In this document: in pieces, positions 39,464 through 52,635 of the stretch
How the letters are laid out: each line of letters starts with the position of its first letter
Position numbering within the stretch: position 1 is the first letter of the stretch
Assembly (NCBI RefSeq): GCF_018350175.1
Contig: NC_058368.1
Coordinates: forward strand, 233,928,001 to 233,992,000
Reading direction: 5' to 3'
DNA: 64,000 nucleotides
DNA from: Felis catus
Lineage: Eukaryota
Translations under genes and position numbers: made by a program
The notes under the pieces: generated by a model
Database searches by the model: none
Seen by the model: the letters and a program-made list of their open reading frames with translations, nothing else
Told to the model about the DNA's origin: nothing

Positions 39464-40267
39464 ACACTCCAGCTTACGCTTTCTCTAAATGGATATATAT
39501 TTTGTGGTAGAGTTGGGGGTAGGGTGAGAAGGTTTTGAAAACTCATTATGGCTGCCTCGCTATTTACAAAGCAGTCATTTGCTCCTGATTGGGAAGGGGA
39601 AAACAGTCTACATAAGTGCTTTAATATAGTGTATCCCAAAACCTTTATAAAAGTTACAAGCATCATTAAAAGACCACATGTAATTAAAACATAAAGAAGA
39701 AAACAGAACAGAAGGGATTTCATGCAAATGGAACCGATGCTTTTCCAACAGACTTTATGTTCTAAATATAAGTGTGGTTGAATTCTTCCTCGGGGTATAC
39801 AGAGCAACAAATGAGGGCTCACAATACCCAACTACTCTGTAACGGGCTGATATAAGAGCAGAGATCATGGTTTAATGTCTGGGGAGGTTAAAAACCACAA
39901 AGAATACCGTGGAGAATATTTACTCAGGTTATAACAGCTCAAATCACAGGCAGAACCTAGTGGCCAAAACATGGATTGTTTGTAGGAGAGGAGAACTCTA
40001 ATCACTCTTGAAGTTTACGATGAAATATTCCAAATAAAATGTATTATAGAAAGAAAAAAAATCCAGAAGCCCAGCAAGAATTAATCATTAATTGATCATT
40101 TAATTGATAATTGTGACACTCAAACAAGTGTGAAATCTTAGGCTGGATGAAGAGTAGCAAAGGAGTGAACAAAGCCTGGTTCCACATGCACTGAACACAC
40201 TGGGCATCCACATCCTAATGCAGCAAGAATTTCTTCTCATTATTTCCTTTATAGTTCTTGGGTAGAT

Positions 40268-40478
40268 TTTTTTTAAGTTTGTTTATTTATTCTTAGAGAG
40301 AGTGTGTGTGTGCCAAAATGGGGGAGGGGCAGAGAAAGAGGGAGAGAGAGAGAATCCCAAGCAGGTTCTGCACTATCCGCGCAGAGCCCGACGCGGGGCT
40401 CGAACTCATGAACTGCGAGATCATTACTTGAGCCGAATTCAAGAGTCAAACCCTTAACCAACTGAGCCAAGGTGCCCC
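40268..40478 (-). mobile_element. Can-SINE
   Basis: TSD TTGGRTAGATTTTT. Confidence 0.93.
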
Positions 40479-40569
40479 TTGGATAGATTTTTAAATCAAA
40501 ATTTCCTAATTTTTATTTTTAGTAAAATATCCATAGGCATGAGCATTTACGCAACAAACACTATAAGAT

Positions 40570-41270
40570 TTGTTGGGAGAACACTTATTGCCTCAGCCTG
40601 TGACTATCAATCACTCTGCACTCCCTGCTCCATGTGCTGTTCTAGGACTTACAAAGAAAACAGACATGCATTTGGGGTGTTGGGGGAACAAAGCAGAGGC
40701 CAGCGTGGTTCAGTCAGTGAGTAAGGGGACAGATGTTGAGGGATTCTTGAGTCCAAGGAAGAAACTTCAGATTTTACCTCCAACATGATGGAAACTTACT
40801 AGGAGGTTGATTTTCTATGGAGTGACATTACCTGATTTAAAAGGTCATTCTGGAATTGCATGGAGGAAGAGTAGAAACAGAGAAAAGAATTCGAGTTATA
40901 GACATAAAGGGGATGAAACATGGTCCTATTGGAAATATATCATGAAGACATCACCAACAAACTTGGCTAATGGACTAAATGTGTGGGGTGTGAAAACAAT
41001 GAGCCAATGTGTTTGGCCCAAGCAACTGGTTAAAGCTAACATTTACCGAGAGGAGTGATAACAGCTTCTCGAGAAGAAATCAAAAGATTTTTTACAAAGA
41101 TATGGGAAGTTTAAAATACCTATTAGACATCCAAGCTGAGATCACAAGTTGCCTGTAAGATTTATAAGCCCCAAATTCAGACAACATGGAGGCCGGAGAT
41201 AAAAATTGGGGAACTGTCTGTATATGAATGGGACTGAATGAGATCTCCCAAACAATAGGTACCTAGAAAG
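40570..41270. mobile_element. L2 fragment
   Basis: gagccaatgtgtttggcccaagcaactgg...aaatacctattagacatccaag...ggagataaaaattgggg. Confidence 0.65.
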
Positions 41271-41434
41271 TGAATCACGAAAACACCAAGACTAATCTTG
41301 GTCATGGATAGAAAATGTTTTGTGTCGACAGAAACTGTTATTGTAAACATGTAACTTCTCTCAAAACTATAAATTTGATGTCACCTCGATCAAAATTCCA
41401 AAGGGAATGCACACGGAATCTGAGCCTCTAATTC

Positions 41435-41488
41435 TTTTTTTTCTTTAAGTTTATTTATTTTGAAAGGGAGCACAAGTGGGAGAGGAGC

Positions 41489-41537
<49 letters not shown>

Positions 41538-41652
41538 CAAAGGCTCCACATGGTCAATGCAGAGCCCGACGCGGGGCTCGAACTCATGAGCTGTGAGATC
41601 ATGACCTGAGCCGAAGTCGGATGCGTAACTGACTGAGCCACCCAGGCGCCCC
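41435..41652 (-). mobile_element. Can-SINE
   Basis: TSD TGAGCCTCTARTTCT; long (GA)n. Confidence 0.95.
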
Positions 41653-41689
41653 TGAGCCTCTAGTTCTGAAGTGTGTATGTACTTATGTG

Positions 41690-42130
41690 AAGATGTTCTT
41701 GCATTTGTGTAACAGACAATTCAAAATTGTTTAGGGAAAAGGACCATTCCTTGGATCACGAATTTCAGTGATAAAACTGCAGCGATATGTTTATTTCAGT
41801 AGGTCAGGGTTTCTTGTGCTTTGAGATTTGGCTGTATTTTCCTCTAGATGTTGTCCCTCGTCTTCACGCTGGTCCCCTGTGTGCAGAACCAGGACCTGTC
41901 CTAGCTGCTGTCCTAGCTCCGCAGCAGAATGCAAACATGGTCCACGTGAGAAGGAAACACCTCTTGGGGAACAGCTCTCTTTCTCCTAGAAACAAGGCAG
42001 CTCTGTGCCTGGAGCTTCCAGAAAGCATCTCGGCCAGCCTTGGCCTGAACAGGGTCATGTGCCCATGCCAGTCTCAGGGCCCAGTCAATGTCACCAATCC
42101 ATCTTAGGTCTGGGGTTCTGTCCTGAGGAA
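41690..42130 (-). mobile_element. Old MaLR LTR (MLT1J/K-like)
   Basis: gtaacagacaattcaaa...ggcctgaacagggtcatgtgcccatgcc. Confidence 0.55.
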
Positions 42131-42292
42131 CATGAGCTGCCTGGTGGAGGGGAGGCGACTGAATGTAAGGAGGCATATGTTAGGGGGAAGGAAGAAAGGC
42201 AGTGGATGTTGAGTAAGATATAATAACATATATTACTATACCAGAGAAAAAAATGCATGCAAGAAGCAAAGACATGTTTAAAAGAATAGTGA

Positions 42293-42403
42293 GGGGACAC
42301 TTGGCTGGCTCAGTCGGTGAGGCACGTGACTCCTGATCTCAGGGCTCTGAGTTCGAGCCCCAGGTTGGGCGTAGAGTTTACTTAGTAATAATAAAAAAAA
42401 AAA
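42293..42403 (+). mobile_element. Short old tRNA-derived carnivore SINE (no CT tract)
   Basis: A box TGGCTCAGTCGG, B box GAGTTCGAGCC, then gtagagtttactta and an A-tail. Confidence 0.85.
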
Positions 42404-42419
42404 GACATTAGAAAAACAG

Positions 42420-42950
42420 TGGGGAAGAATGTGTCCTCCTGAATAACATAGCATCCTGTGGAACTATAGTGGTAGAAATGTGCTATTGGCTATTAATAAG
42501 AACAGAGTATTTACTATACTATGAAGTATTTACTATACGATGAAGGCAGTGCTTAAAACCAGTAGATACAAATGGATTATTCGATAAACGGTATCATATG
42601 ATCAATGACACATCCAGGCAAAAAATAAATTAGAGCCCAACTTCACAACAGACACAGATAGAGACTACAAATAAAGCACTTAAGATAAAATATGTGTGCT
42701 AACTCAAAAAGAAATGAGATTTTTTTAAACAATCTTTTGGTGAGTGAAAGCATTCCTGAGCAAGTCACAAAGCCTAGTATCCATAGAAGAAAAGGCTGAC
42801 GGATGGTGCAAGATGAAAATTGAAAATATTTGTAGGATACAAGATGACATTCCAAACCTGAAAATTAGCCCAGGAGGAAATATTTGCATACTAATGGCAT
42901 TAAGTTATTTAGCAAATATCCAGAACGCAAAAATGGAGCACAGAAGTACG
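42420..42950 (+). mobile_element. Ancient L1M ORF2 remnant
   Basis: aatggattattcgataaacggt...gaaagcattcctgagcaagtcacaaagcc...aaatatttgcat. Confidence 0.55.
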
Positions 42951-43029
42951 TCAAGCTAAGCCTTCAAGCTAAGAGAATTTCCTGCTCACCGCTTGATTCT
43001 TTTTCTGGAGGGCTTTCTAGAATGCCCTC

Positions 43030-43310
43030 AGCGGATAGAAGCCCTCCACCCCAGGAGGCCCCGAAGACTGCCAGAGAGAGGATGCACAGACCCACCACTT
43101 TGCCTCAAAGGGGACGTCTCTGTGGTGTCATGCTAAATCCCACCGCCACCCCACCTGATCAGTCCAAGGTTAAACCTCGGGATAATTCATTTCCATCAGC
43201 ATTTTCCCTTCCCTGTCCTGCCTCCCTCCGTCACTCCCTGAAGAGCACGTCCTCGTGGGTCCATTACCTGACCCAGTGTGCAGACAGCGTCCGCAGCTGG
43301 GGAACTCCCT
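43030..43310 (+). mobile_element. Possible ERVL LTR (LTR16-like)
   Basis: cccttccctgtcctgcctccctccgtcactccctgaagagcac...ctggggaact. Confidence 0.4.
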
Positions 43311-43652
43311 GCTCTGACTGCTCATCCTGCCTCCTTCAGGTAAAAGTCATTCCAGAAGGAAGTTCCCCTGACCCTCCAGACTAACACAGTCCCCTCCGTT
43401 ACGTGCCCAGAGCCTTCCAGACCTCTGTGAGCACGCTCCCATGCAGCTGACTCACACGTTCCGTCTTGCCTGGTGGACACTGGTTCCCAGCCTCAGGATA
43501 AGGACTCATTAGTGGGTCAGAATTCCATCTCGCAGGTCACAAACCAGCATTTTACAGATGGTATAGACTAGATTCGAATGGGCAAAAGAGAAAAATGTCC
43601 AAGAGCATCATATAAAAAAATAGTGGACATTGATTCTTTGAGGGCTTCTTCG

Positions 43653-43677
43653 TGTGTGTGTGTGTGTGTGTGTGTGT
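43653..43677. repeat. (TG)n microsatellite
   Basis: seen directly. Confidence 0.95.
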
Positions 43678-44631
43678 ATAACAGTGTGCAGAATGTGTAT
43701 TTCTTCTTGTGGTTCAGAGTCAAGGCGCTGACCAGCCCCCGTGCTAGACGGCAAATGCTAGGAGGGGACTTTGCCTGCTTGGGGGGTACTGTGTCTGCAG
43801 CACCCACTGCGATTGCCAGCATGTGGCAAAATACTTACAGCAGTAATAATATCTAAGAGGAAAAGAGTGTCTACTATGTGCTGGGCATCATTCTGTGTGG
43901 CTTATGCAGATCTCATTTCAAACTCACAATTGCTTTAGGTGATGCTATTGTATGAATTTCACACATAAGGAAACTGATGCTTCGGTGACTGCTTTATGGC
44001 ACGGGAGTCACTATTTTTATTTTCCTTCTGTCAATAATAATAATAACAAAACGAGCGACAGCCCGTTACCAGTTATGAGGCTTGTTGACTAGCATACATC
44101 ATATCTCCTCCACTCCAAATTCTGAAGGGCCGACATTACAGTTGCCATTTTCCAGATGTGAGAATTAGGCACAGAGAAGACACAGAACTTGCCCGATGTT
44201 AGACGCTACGGAGCGTTTTCCATCCAGAGCATAGTTAATGCATATTTGCAACAGTGAGCTGTGGTACCACATCCACAGGACCGGAATTTCACGGTCCTGG
44301 GAGTCGCTGTTGGTGGTCGAGTAGAAAATCTTACACACCAATGGCTTTATCAAAAGCCTCTCTTCCAATAAAGTAGATTAGATGGAGCCAAATGGATGGT
44401 TCTAGTGTTTTCTCCTGTGCACTTGCTCATCACTGTTCAAGCTCTGATGACAGGTGCAGCCAAGTTCGGGTTTACAAGACCCTGTTCACTGGTCTGCAGG
44501 TACCATGCAGTGTCCAGATTGCTAAACATTTTTTTTTTTTTTTGGCAATCAGTATGTGTACCTGGAAATAATAGATTCTGAGTTCATGGGGTGAAAAATG
44601 ATCATATAAAAATAGCCCTTTCCTGACTGTG

Positions 44632-45020
44632 GTGCAGTAGTTTCCTAGAACACTGTAACAAATGAGCACAGACAGAGTGGCTTCGACAACTGACATGTGC
44701 TCTCTCCCAGTCCTGGAGGCCGTGAGTCTGAAATCAAGGGGTTGGCAAGGCCCACACTCCCCCTGGAGGCCTTCCTGCTCCCCCAGCTTCTGGTTTGCTG
44801 GCCGTGCTTGGCATTCCTTGGCTTGTGGCTCCAATCTCCACCTGTGTCTTCACATGACTTTCTCTCCTGTATATTTGTCGTTAGATTTAGGCCCCTCCCA
44901 GGTAATCCAGGATGATCCTACCTCCAGATGTGTAACTTAATTACATCTGCAAAGACTCTTGTTCTAAAAGAGTCCAGGGATTAGGATGGGGGGAAGGGGT
45001 CCCATTCAGCCCGTCTCCAC
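44632..45020 (-). mobile_element. MaLR LTR (MLT1C-like)
   Basis: tagtttcctag...tctgaaatcaagg...taatccaggatgat...aattacatctgcaaagac. Confidence 0.85.
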
Positions 45021-45390
45021 ATGGGTTCTCCCAAAGCAGAGCCTCAGCTGAGATTAGGTGACCCGGGGGCTTACTAGGAGGTCATCTTTGGGGACAGGAG
45101 TGTGTGTGCTTGGGGAAGGGGCAGGTGCAGTGGAGGAATCAGGGAAAGTCTACATGAGGGTGCGCCATCAAGATCGCCACTGAGAGAGCTGAGGCTCAAC
45201 AGCATCTGGAACTTTCTGGGGTATGTGTGTGTAAGAGCCTTCCGGAATACCCCAGAACGTGTCTCTCCCTTGACAGGTTCCCATGGACTCCCCTGTACCT
45301 GTGGCTTTGGAGAAACCCAGGCAGAAAGTGAAGCACTTTTGAGGCAAGACACCAGAGAGTCCTGGCAGGCTAGGGGTCTCATAAAGTGAG
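45021..45390 (-). mobile_element. Possible ERVL LTR (LTR16-like)
   Basis: gggttctcccaaagcagagcctcagctgagatt...ggaggtcatct. Confidence 0.4.
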
Positions 45391-46372
45391 GTATTTTTAA
45401 ATATATCCATGTGCCTTAAACATTTCAAAGCAGTTTGATTAGGAAATAAGTCACTGCCTTAAAATATGCTTTGTTTTTCTGATCTTCAGTTAAGACTGCA
45501 TTGTTTCCAGAAGATAGACCAATCTTTTGCGAGGCCTTGGCTTAACGGTTAAACGTGTTTTAATGACAAAATCACCATTACATATATCACCATTGATATA
45601 GTTAGGTAAGTGGACCCCAATCATTTAAGATTCTGGGCACACAAGGAGAATAATGTAAGGGGTGCCCAGTTAGGGATTCCCCTGGCCCGCCTGTGTTACA
45701 AGCCACCGCACAAACCTCTAGGAAGCATAAAATCCAGCAAGACAAATCATTCCTGCTCCCCCTAAATTCAGTTTGCGGAGCTTGTCGGCACTAGACTGGC
45801 ATAGCAAATCAACTGGATTTGTGATACAAAACTGGTAAACGTTTGCTAGTTAGCTGGGAAATGGCTCTATGGACTTTTCATCTTCCCCAGCCAAAGAGAA
45901 ATGAGAGTCTCTTGTCTGGGGTATAACGGTCTGATTTTACCACTTTACAGTGAAAACTCTTTTAGAGAAGAGAAAAGCTGTCAGGTAGGTCACAGATTAT
46001 TCTCAAGAGATTGCAGACCAGCAGCCAGACACAGCCTTGGCGGGAACTCAGTCTTGTCTTTCGGAAGAAACGAAGATCGCAGTGGACGTATAGAAGCTGC
46101 ATCGATCACGGACCGCTTTTTAAACTTGGATATTGCTGGATCAGTGTAGCTCATTTTCATTAAGAAACAAAGGTTGGGAAAATTACCCCTAATATTATCG
46201 ATCAAATTCCGCAAATACTTGAAAAAGAAAATGGAGGTATTGAAGAGAAACTACTAAACACCAACGTATCCTAAAGACTCAAAGAGATTCCTTTGTCAGA
46301 ATTATGAAACCTGTATCACCAGTTGTAATGACTTTAGATGTTAGAAATGGATATGAAAAATATTTCTTAGAG

Positions 46373-46836
46373 CATGCATTCACAATAGGGGTGCTCTTAC
46401 CTTAGGGGGAGGAAACAAATGTTTGCGGCGGGGAGAGCAGAGAAATCTTACTCTAATTATGCGTAAAGAACAAGTATGTGTAGAATGCATCAAGGTGTAT
46501 CTGCGATATTAAAATTCCATAAGGGGTGCCTGGGTGGCTCAGTCGGTTGGGTGTCCGACTTCAGCTCAGGTCACGATCTCACAGTCCATGAGTTCAAGCC
46601 CCGCGTCGGGCTCCGTGCTGACAGCTGGGAGCCTGGACCCTGCTTCACATTCTGTGTCTCCCTCTCTCTCTGCCCCTCCCCTGCTCATGCTCTGTCTCTG
46701 TTTCTCTCTCTCTCAAAAATAAACAAAAACATATAAAAATTTTTAAAAAATTCCATAAGAGGGGCGATTAGAGAAAATGAATCTAAAGAGTTGGCTTGGG
46801 GGGGTTAAAATGAAAATACAAGCTTCAGAAAACCTG
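46373..46836. mobile_element. hAT-Charlie-like non-autonomous DNA transposon (SINE inserted)
   Basis: degenerate CA...TG TIRs (catgcattcacaa / ttcagaaaacctg), nTnTAGAn-like 8-bp flanks. Confidence 0.45.
46523..46746 (+). mobile_element. Can-SINE
   Basis: TSD AAAATTCCATAA. Confidence 0.96.
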
Positions 46837-47199
46837 CTTTAGGGCATGAAATTGATCCATGAGGAAAACATACTCAATTCAAAACATATGTATTGAAATA
46901 TATGTGAAAATATGCTATAGTATATATCAAATATACTCTATATTAAAGTATAAATTAAATTAAATATTTTATATATTAAATAATCATAATTGTTAACATA
47001 AATGTACAAAAGATGTGTTGACAATATATATTAGAGATACACGGCTGTGCTTGGCACTGGGCTAGGCATGGGGAGGGGAAAACCGGAGCCCTCTCAGGTG
47101 CTTAAAAGCTAAGTTGGGACATACGACATCTCTGGCCGTAGAGCTGTCGTACAAAACGTTGAGACTGATGCTTTCAAGCCACGAAAGCCAACCAGCCAT

Positions 47200-47525
47200 C
47201 TCGTGTGTGTGTCTGTGGACACGCGTGGGTGTAGGCGGTGGCATCAGTGTGACAGAGGCTGTGGGCACCGTGCGAACCTCGTGGAATGAGAGATTTGGAT
47301 GGACAGACGGGCGTGTGCCAGTGTGTGTGCGAGCGTAGGTCTGTGAGTGTGTGTCGGCCTGTGGGAGTGTGGGCACGAGTGTGAGTGGGTGAGTGTGTGC
47401 GAGAGTGTCTGAACATGTATAAGAGTGTGTGTGCACCTGTGTGGGCAGGAGTGTGTGACAGAGAGAGAGAGAGAGAGAGAGTGTGTGTGTGTGTACGCGC
47501 GTGCATGTGTGTGCGTGTGCATGAC
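47200..47525. repeat. Degenerate (TG)-rich low-complexity tract with (GA)n/(TG)n
   Basis: seen directly. Confidence 0.85.
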
Positions 47526-48529
47526 AGGGACAGAGGCAGGAAGGGGGAAGGAGGAAAGGAGAGATGACAGACAGAATGAATATCAATTGGACAAGTGCTT
47601 GTCCAGAAGAGCCTTCTGGAAAAGGTAAGTCATTCTGAGCCTTGACAGGAGCCCAGGGCTAAGAACTCCGTGTGAGGAGAGGACATCCCGCCAGGAGGTG
47701 AGGGACAAGCGTGAACTGGGGCATGAACGTCAGAGCCCAGGGTGCACCCAACGGCGGCGGCAGGTGGCGCGGGTCCGGCTGGGCCTGAGCCTGGTCACCG
47801 GTGACGAGGCGGCCGGGGACGGCAAGGGGCTCCCGTGCGGAGGGGGCCCCGGCACCATCTGGGGACCTGGCAGGAGGGGGCACAGGAAGGCGAGAGGCGC
47901 GTGGGAAGGGGGACCTGGCAGCCGGGGCCCTCAGGATCCAAGCACAGAAGTGACCGTGTCCCCAGCAACGACTGAGCCGAGCGCTGGAAGCCCGACACCC
48001 CACCTTCTGGCTTCCAGTCGGCTGACCTGCTCATTCCCAAACAGAACCAAGGCCGCGTGCAGCACGCTCGTGTCCGGTGTGTGGACGTGTGACGGTGGCA
48101 TCAGGAGGGCTCAGGAGGCCGATGAAATCAAGTTTCGCACAAGGCCAAGCAGCCAGGAAGGAGCGCGAAAGGGTTTCGCTGCTTCTTCACCAAAAGCCCA
48201 CTTTCTCTTCTCTGCCCGTCGCCTCCACCGCGTGCTGAGAAAAAGAGAAGCACAGCCAGACCCCGCCTCTCCCCGACTTTAAAAAAGGGACTGTCCGCGC
48301 AGTGTAAGCCTGTGGCAGGCTGCTCCACGCTAAGACACACACGCCCAAGTCACAGCCGTTTGCGTGGACTGCTATCATGCTTTCTGCCGAGCCGCTGGTC
48401 CATCACATACGCATATTGGATTCCGAGCTACATGTACGTTCCTCTTTCCCCCATCAGGGCGCCCTGTGTTGGGCCTCCTGCTGGAAGAGAATGTTTGTCG
48501 TTCCAGATGCGCTTAGAAAGAAGTGTCAG

Positions 48530-49612
48530 CCTGGAAAGATGCTCAATGTCACTCATCATCAGGGAGATCAAATCAAAACCCTCATGAGATACCACCTCAC
48601 CCGGGTCAGAATGGCTAAAATTAACAACTCAGGAAACAACAGGTGTTGGTGAGGATGCGGAAAAAAGGGGACCCTCTTGCACTGTTGGTGGGAAGGCAAA
48701 CTGGTGCAGCCGCTCTGGAAAACAGTATGGAGTTTCCTCAGAAAGTTAAAAATAGAACTACCCTGCAACCCAGCAATCGCACGACTGGGTATTTATCCAA
48801 AGGACATAAAAATGCTGATTCAAAGGGACACATGCACCCCCATGTTTGTAGCAGCCCTATCGACAATAGCCAAAATATGGAAAGAGCCCAAATGTCCATC
48901 GATGGAGGAATGGGTAAAGAAGATGTGGTGTATGGGATGCCTGGGCGGCTCACTCAGTTGAGCATCCAACTCTTGATGTCGGCTCAAGTCATGGTCTCAC
49001 AGTTTGTGAGTTCGTGCCCCACGTGGGGCTCTGTGCTGACAGTGCAGAGCCTGCTTGGGATTCTCTTTCTCTCTCTCTCTTCCCCTCTCTTCCCCTCCCT
49101 GCCTCTCTCTCTCTCTCAAGATAAATAAATAAACTTTAAAAATTAATAAAAAAAGAAGATGTGATGTATATATACGACGGAATACTACTCAGCAATGAAA
49201 AAGAATAAAGTCTGGCCATTTACAACGACGTGGATGGAACTGGAGGGTATTATGTTAAGCAAAATAAGTCAGCCAGAGAAAGACAGATACTATATGATTT
49301 CATTCATATGTGGAATTTGAGAAACCCAACAGATGAACATAGGAAAAGGGAAAGAAAAATAAGATAAAAACAGAGAGGGAGGGAAACCATAAGAGATGCT
49401 TAAATACAGAAAATACAGAGAACAAACTGAGGGTTGCTGGAGGGGGATTGGGGGGTAGGTTAAATGGGTAACAGACATTCAGGAGGGCACTTTTTGGGAT
49501 GAGCACTGGGTGTCCTGTGTAAGAGATGAATCACTGGGTTCTACTCCTGAAGCCAAGACTACACTGTATGTTAACCAACTTGAAAGTAAATTCATAAAAA
49601 AAAAAAAAAAGA
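48530..49612 (+). mobile_element. 5'-truncated carnivore L1 (ORF2 C-terminus, 3' UTR, polyA)
   Basis: [29 protein letters not shown]...WKEPKCPS; A-tail at ~49595. Confidence 0.95.
48934..49150 (+). mobile_element. Can-SINE nested in L1
   Basis: TSD AAAGAAGATGTGRTGTAT. Confidence 0.94.
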
Positions 49613-50800
49613 AAGGAAATCTCCATTACATTATGTAAACTAAAAAAGAGAAGAATCAAGAAATGGAAAGACCATAAATCCTATCTACAGCACTCCCTGA
49701 GTTGATTCACACTCTCAAGTGCCTCACATTATGCCCCAGTTTTTTTTTCACCAAAGCTGGGGATGCGGAAATGGATGACAAGGCGGCTGTAGCTGCGAAA
49801 ACCAAGTGGGCTTAGAGCGAGCGGTCTCTTCTCCCGTTATGTGCCCTGCAGCGCCATGGGGCAAAGCAAACGGGATGGACGGTGGAAACTGGCATCTTAG
49901 GGAAACCCCAGAGATTCACAAAGTAGACAGGGGCTCAGGCAAGATGGGTAGCTAGAGACGGCCGATAGAGTAAGACTTGGAAATCAAGTTACAGAAAGCT
50001 AGAAGACAGTGCGGATTACCTTGCTCTCCCTCCCCTTGTGGCCGACAGGAGATTAGCTAAAGCAGATCCCAGGAGGGATCCCAGGAGACAGGAGCGGCAG
50101 GGAGCAGGCAAACACAGCATCCAAAGAGCCTCTTGGAGACACTGCCTAAACCTCTTCCCTCCCGCACAAGGAAGCAGCATCATTCAGGGCTGAGGAAACA
50201 TCAAAGCTCAGGAGGGAATCTCCAGCCGAAGATCTGGAATTTTTCTGTTGCACGATTTTCACGTCAATTAAGATGTCTCCAGACTGAGAAATATCCATCC
50301 GGACTTTAGCTGGACGTCCTGATTCCTCTTTCCTTGTATCCTAATGCTTTCTGCCTGTGGGAGAAAATGTATCTGATTCTGGCAGGAATTCTCACGCTGA
50401 ACGCATAAAATAGAAAGTTTATTAAAACTCTTATAAAGAGAAGCCCAAGATCCCTTGGGCAGTGAGAATGATTCATTGACATCATAATCTTCTTAAAAGC
50501 TAACCTAGAAGGGTCAGGGAAGAAGGGAGATGGAAAAGCTTTTATTCCTGGAAAAAAGAATGTCTAAAATAGACAGTTGAAAACAATTTTAAATGACAAA
50601 TTTTGAACAAATTGTTTTGATATTTGCCTTAGAGCAGAAACTTCTTGACAGGCATGGCGGCGTTGAAGGAGAAACAGTGTTTAGAAGAATCTTCCCTGAG
50701 AGCAATGGACAGGCTACATACCAGACCCATTGGAGGGGAGCGAAGGATGGCACGCCCCTAACGAGGATGTCCAGCATGCCAGAGGGGAAGAAACAAACAA

Positions 50801-51085
50801 GGGACACCTGGGTGGCTCCGTTGTTTGGGTGTCCAACTCTCGATTCCGGCTCAGATCATGATCTCAACTCTTGATTCCGGCTCGGATCATGATCTCACAG
50901 TTTGTGGGGATCAAGCCTCGAGTTAGACTGCATGCTGACAGTGTGGAGCCTGCTTGGGATTCTCTCTCTCAATCTCTCTCTCTCTCTCTCTCTGCCCCTC
51001 CCCTGCACTCTCTCTCTCTCTCTCTCTCTCTCATTCTCAAAATAAATAAATTAAAACCTAAAAAAAAAAAGTTAAAAAAGAAAAG
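50801..51085 (+). mobile_element. Can-SINE with 31-bp internal tandem duplication
   Basis: head gggacacctgggtggctc, duplicated 50835-50896, CT tract, A-tail. Confidence 0.92.
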
Positions 51086-51210
51086 GAACTCCAAAGCCAG
51101 AAGCTCTGAGGCTACCATGGCCCCAGTCAAATAAAACAAATATTCTGAGCTTCTGTTGCTTAACCCGTTTATTGGAAATAATCTTTGGTGTTTGTTCTAG
51201 CAGAACAGAA

Positions 51211-51432
51211 TTTATTTATTTATTATTTATTTACTTATTTATTGTTTTTTTTTTTTTTTTTTTTTTTTTAGAGAGAAAGAGAGCACACAAGCAGGAGAAA
51301 TGGGCACAGGGAGAGAGAGAGAATCTTAAGCGGGCTCCACACTGAGTGTGGAGCCCTACATGAGGCTTGAACCCACAAACTGCGAGATCATGACCCGAGC
51401 CGAAATCAAGACTGAGCTACCCCCGTGCCCCA
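51211..51432 (-). mobile_element. Can-SINE
   Basis: long poly-T, gagatcatgacccgagccg. Confidence 0.88.
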
Positions 51433-51937
51433 CCTTGGTGTTTGTTTTAAAATGTGTCTACAAAGTCTTTGATACTTCTCCCTTCCAAAGGTGGGGTCTA
51501 TTTCCCCTTCACTGAACTGAGGGCTGGACTCAACGAGTTGAGTCCAGCAAATCCAATATGGCACACGTGATGCTATGTGAGTCCTGAGTCATCAAAGGCA
51601 GCTTGCCCTTTGCACTTTCTCCTGAATCACTTACTCGGGGAAAGCCAGCTGCCATGTTGTGAGGTCACTCAAGTAGTGGGCCCTCTTGATGGAGAGACTT
51701 AATAATGAGGCCTTCCCTCTTGGAAGGGGGCCTCCCGTCTAAATAAAATCTTCAGACGATCACACCCCCAGCCAACATGTTGACTGTAATTTCCTAAGAG
51801 ACACTGAGTTAGAACCAACCGAGCTGAGCCACTCCCAAATTCCTGACCCACAGAATCTGTGAGATAATAAATGTGTATGGTTTTAGGTCACTAAGTTTTG
51901 CGGTATTTGTTACCCAGTCATAGATGTCTAAGTAACA
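51433..51937 (+). mobile_element. MaLR LTR (MLT1F/H-like)
   Basis: gccagctgccatgttgtgagg...tcctgacccacagaatctgtgagataataaatg...tttgttac. Confidence 0.8.
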
Positions 51938-52084
51938 ACCCACGCCACCTCATAGAAAAATTATGGTGATTCGGTGAGACAGTGTTTGCATAAGGATTGC
52001 AAGGGCTTGTGCAAATCCACAGATTTAGCCCTCTCCCTAAACATCAGAGTGTTACTTTATACTTTATTAAAATAAATGAGTAAT

Positions 52085-52275
52085 GGGGTGCCTGGGTGGC
52101 TCAGTTGGTTAAGCATCTGACTTGGGTTCAGATCGTGATCTCACGGTCCGTGGGTTCAAGCCCCACATAGGTCTCTGTGCTGACAGCCTGGAGACTGCTT
52201 GGGATTCTGCGTCTCCCTCTCTCACTGCCCCTCCCCAGCTGGTGCTCTATCTGTCTGTCTCTCTCTCAAAAATAA

Positions 52276-52318
<43 letters not shown>

Positions 52319-52320
52319 AA
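52085..52320 (+). mobile_element. Can-SINE with (TAAA)n tail
   Basis: TSD AAATGAGTAAT. Confidence 0.95.
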
Positions 52321-52324
52321 TGAG

Positions 52325-52410
52325 TAATGCATAGAATTGTCAACTCACTCTGTTGGACACCTGAGACTAATATAAAATTGTATGTCAACTATACGTCAAT
52401 AATAAAAATT
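52325..52410 (+). mobile_element. Carnivore L1 extreme 3' end
   Basis: atagaattgtcaactcact...acacctgagactaatataaaattgtatgtcaactatac. Confidence 0.75.
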
Positions 52411-52411
52411 A

Positions 52412-52635
52412 GGGGTGCCTGGGTGGCTCAGTCGGTTAAGCCTCTGACTTCGGCTCAGGTCATGATATTGAGGTTCGTGAGTTCGAGCCTCGCGTCGGGC
52501 TCTGTACTGACAGCTCGGAGCCTGGAGCCTGCTTCAGATTCTGTGTCTCCCTCTCTCTCTGGCCCTTCTCCTCTCAAGCTCTCTCTCTCTCTCAAAAATA
52601 AATAAACATTAAAAAAAATTAAAAAAATTAAAAAT
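52412..52635 (+). mobile_element. Can-SINE
   Basis: typical head, CT tract, A-tail. Confidence 0.95.

Noticed and set aside
42293..42375. tRNA-like sequence with A and B boxes
   Set aside because: Followed by SINE body and A-tail; a tRNA-derived SINE, not a tRNA gene.
47062..47586. His/Thr-rich 174-aa ORF and overlapping ORFs
   Set aside because: Translation of (CA)/(TG) low-complexity DNA.
47698..48282. 194-aa Gly/Arg-rich ORF
   Set aside because: GC-rich sequence lacks stop codons by chance; no recognisable domain or splice structure.
48643..49128. 161-aa and 94-aa ORFs
   Set aside because: L1 ORF2 fragment (in and out of frame) running into a SINE.
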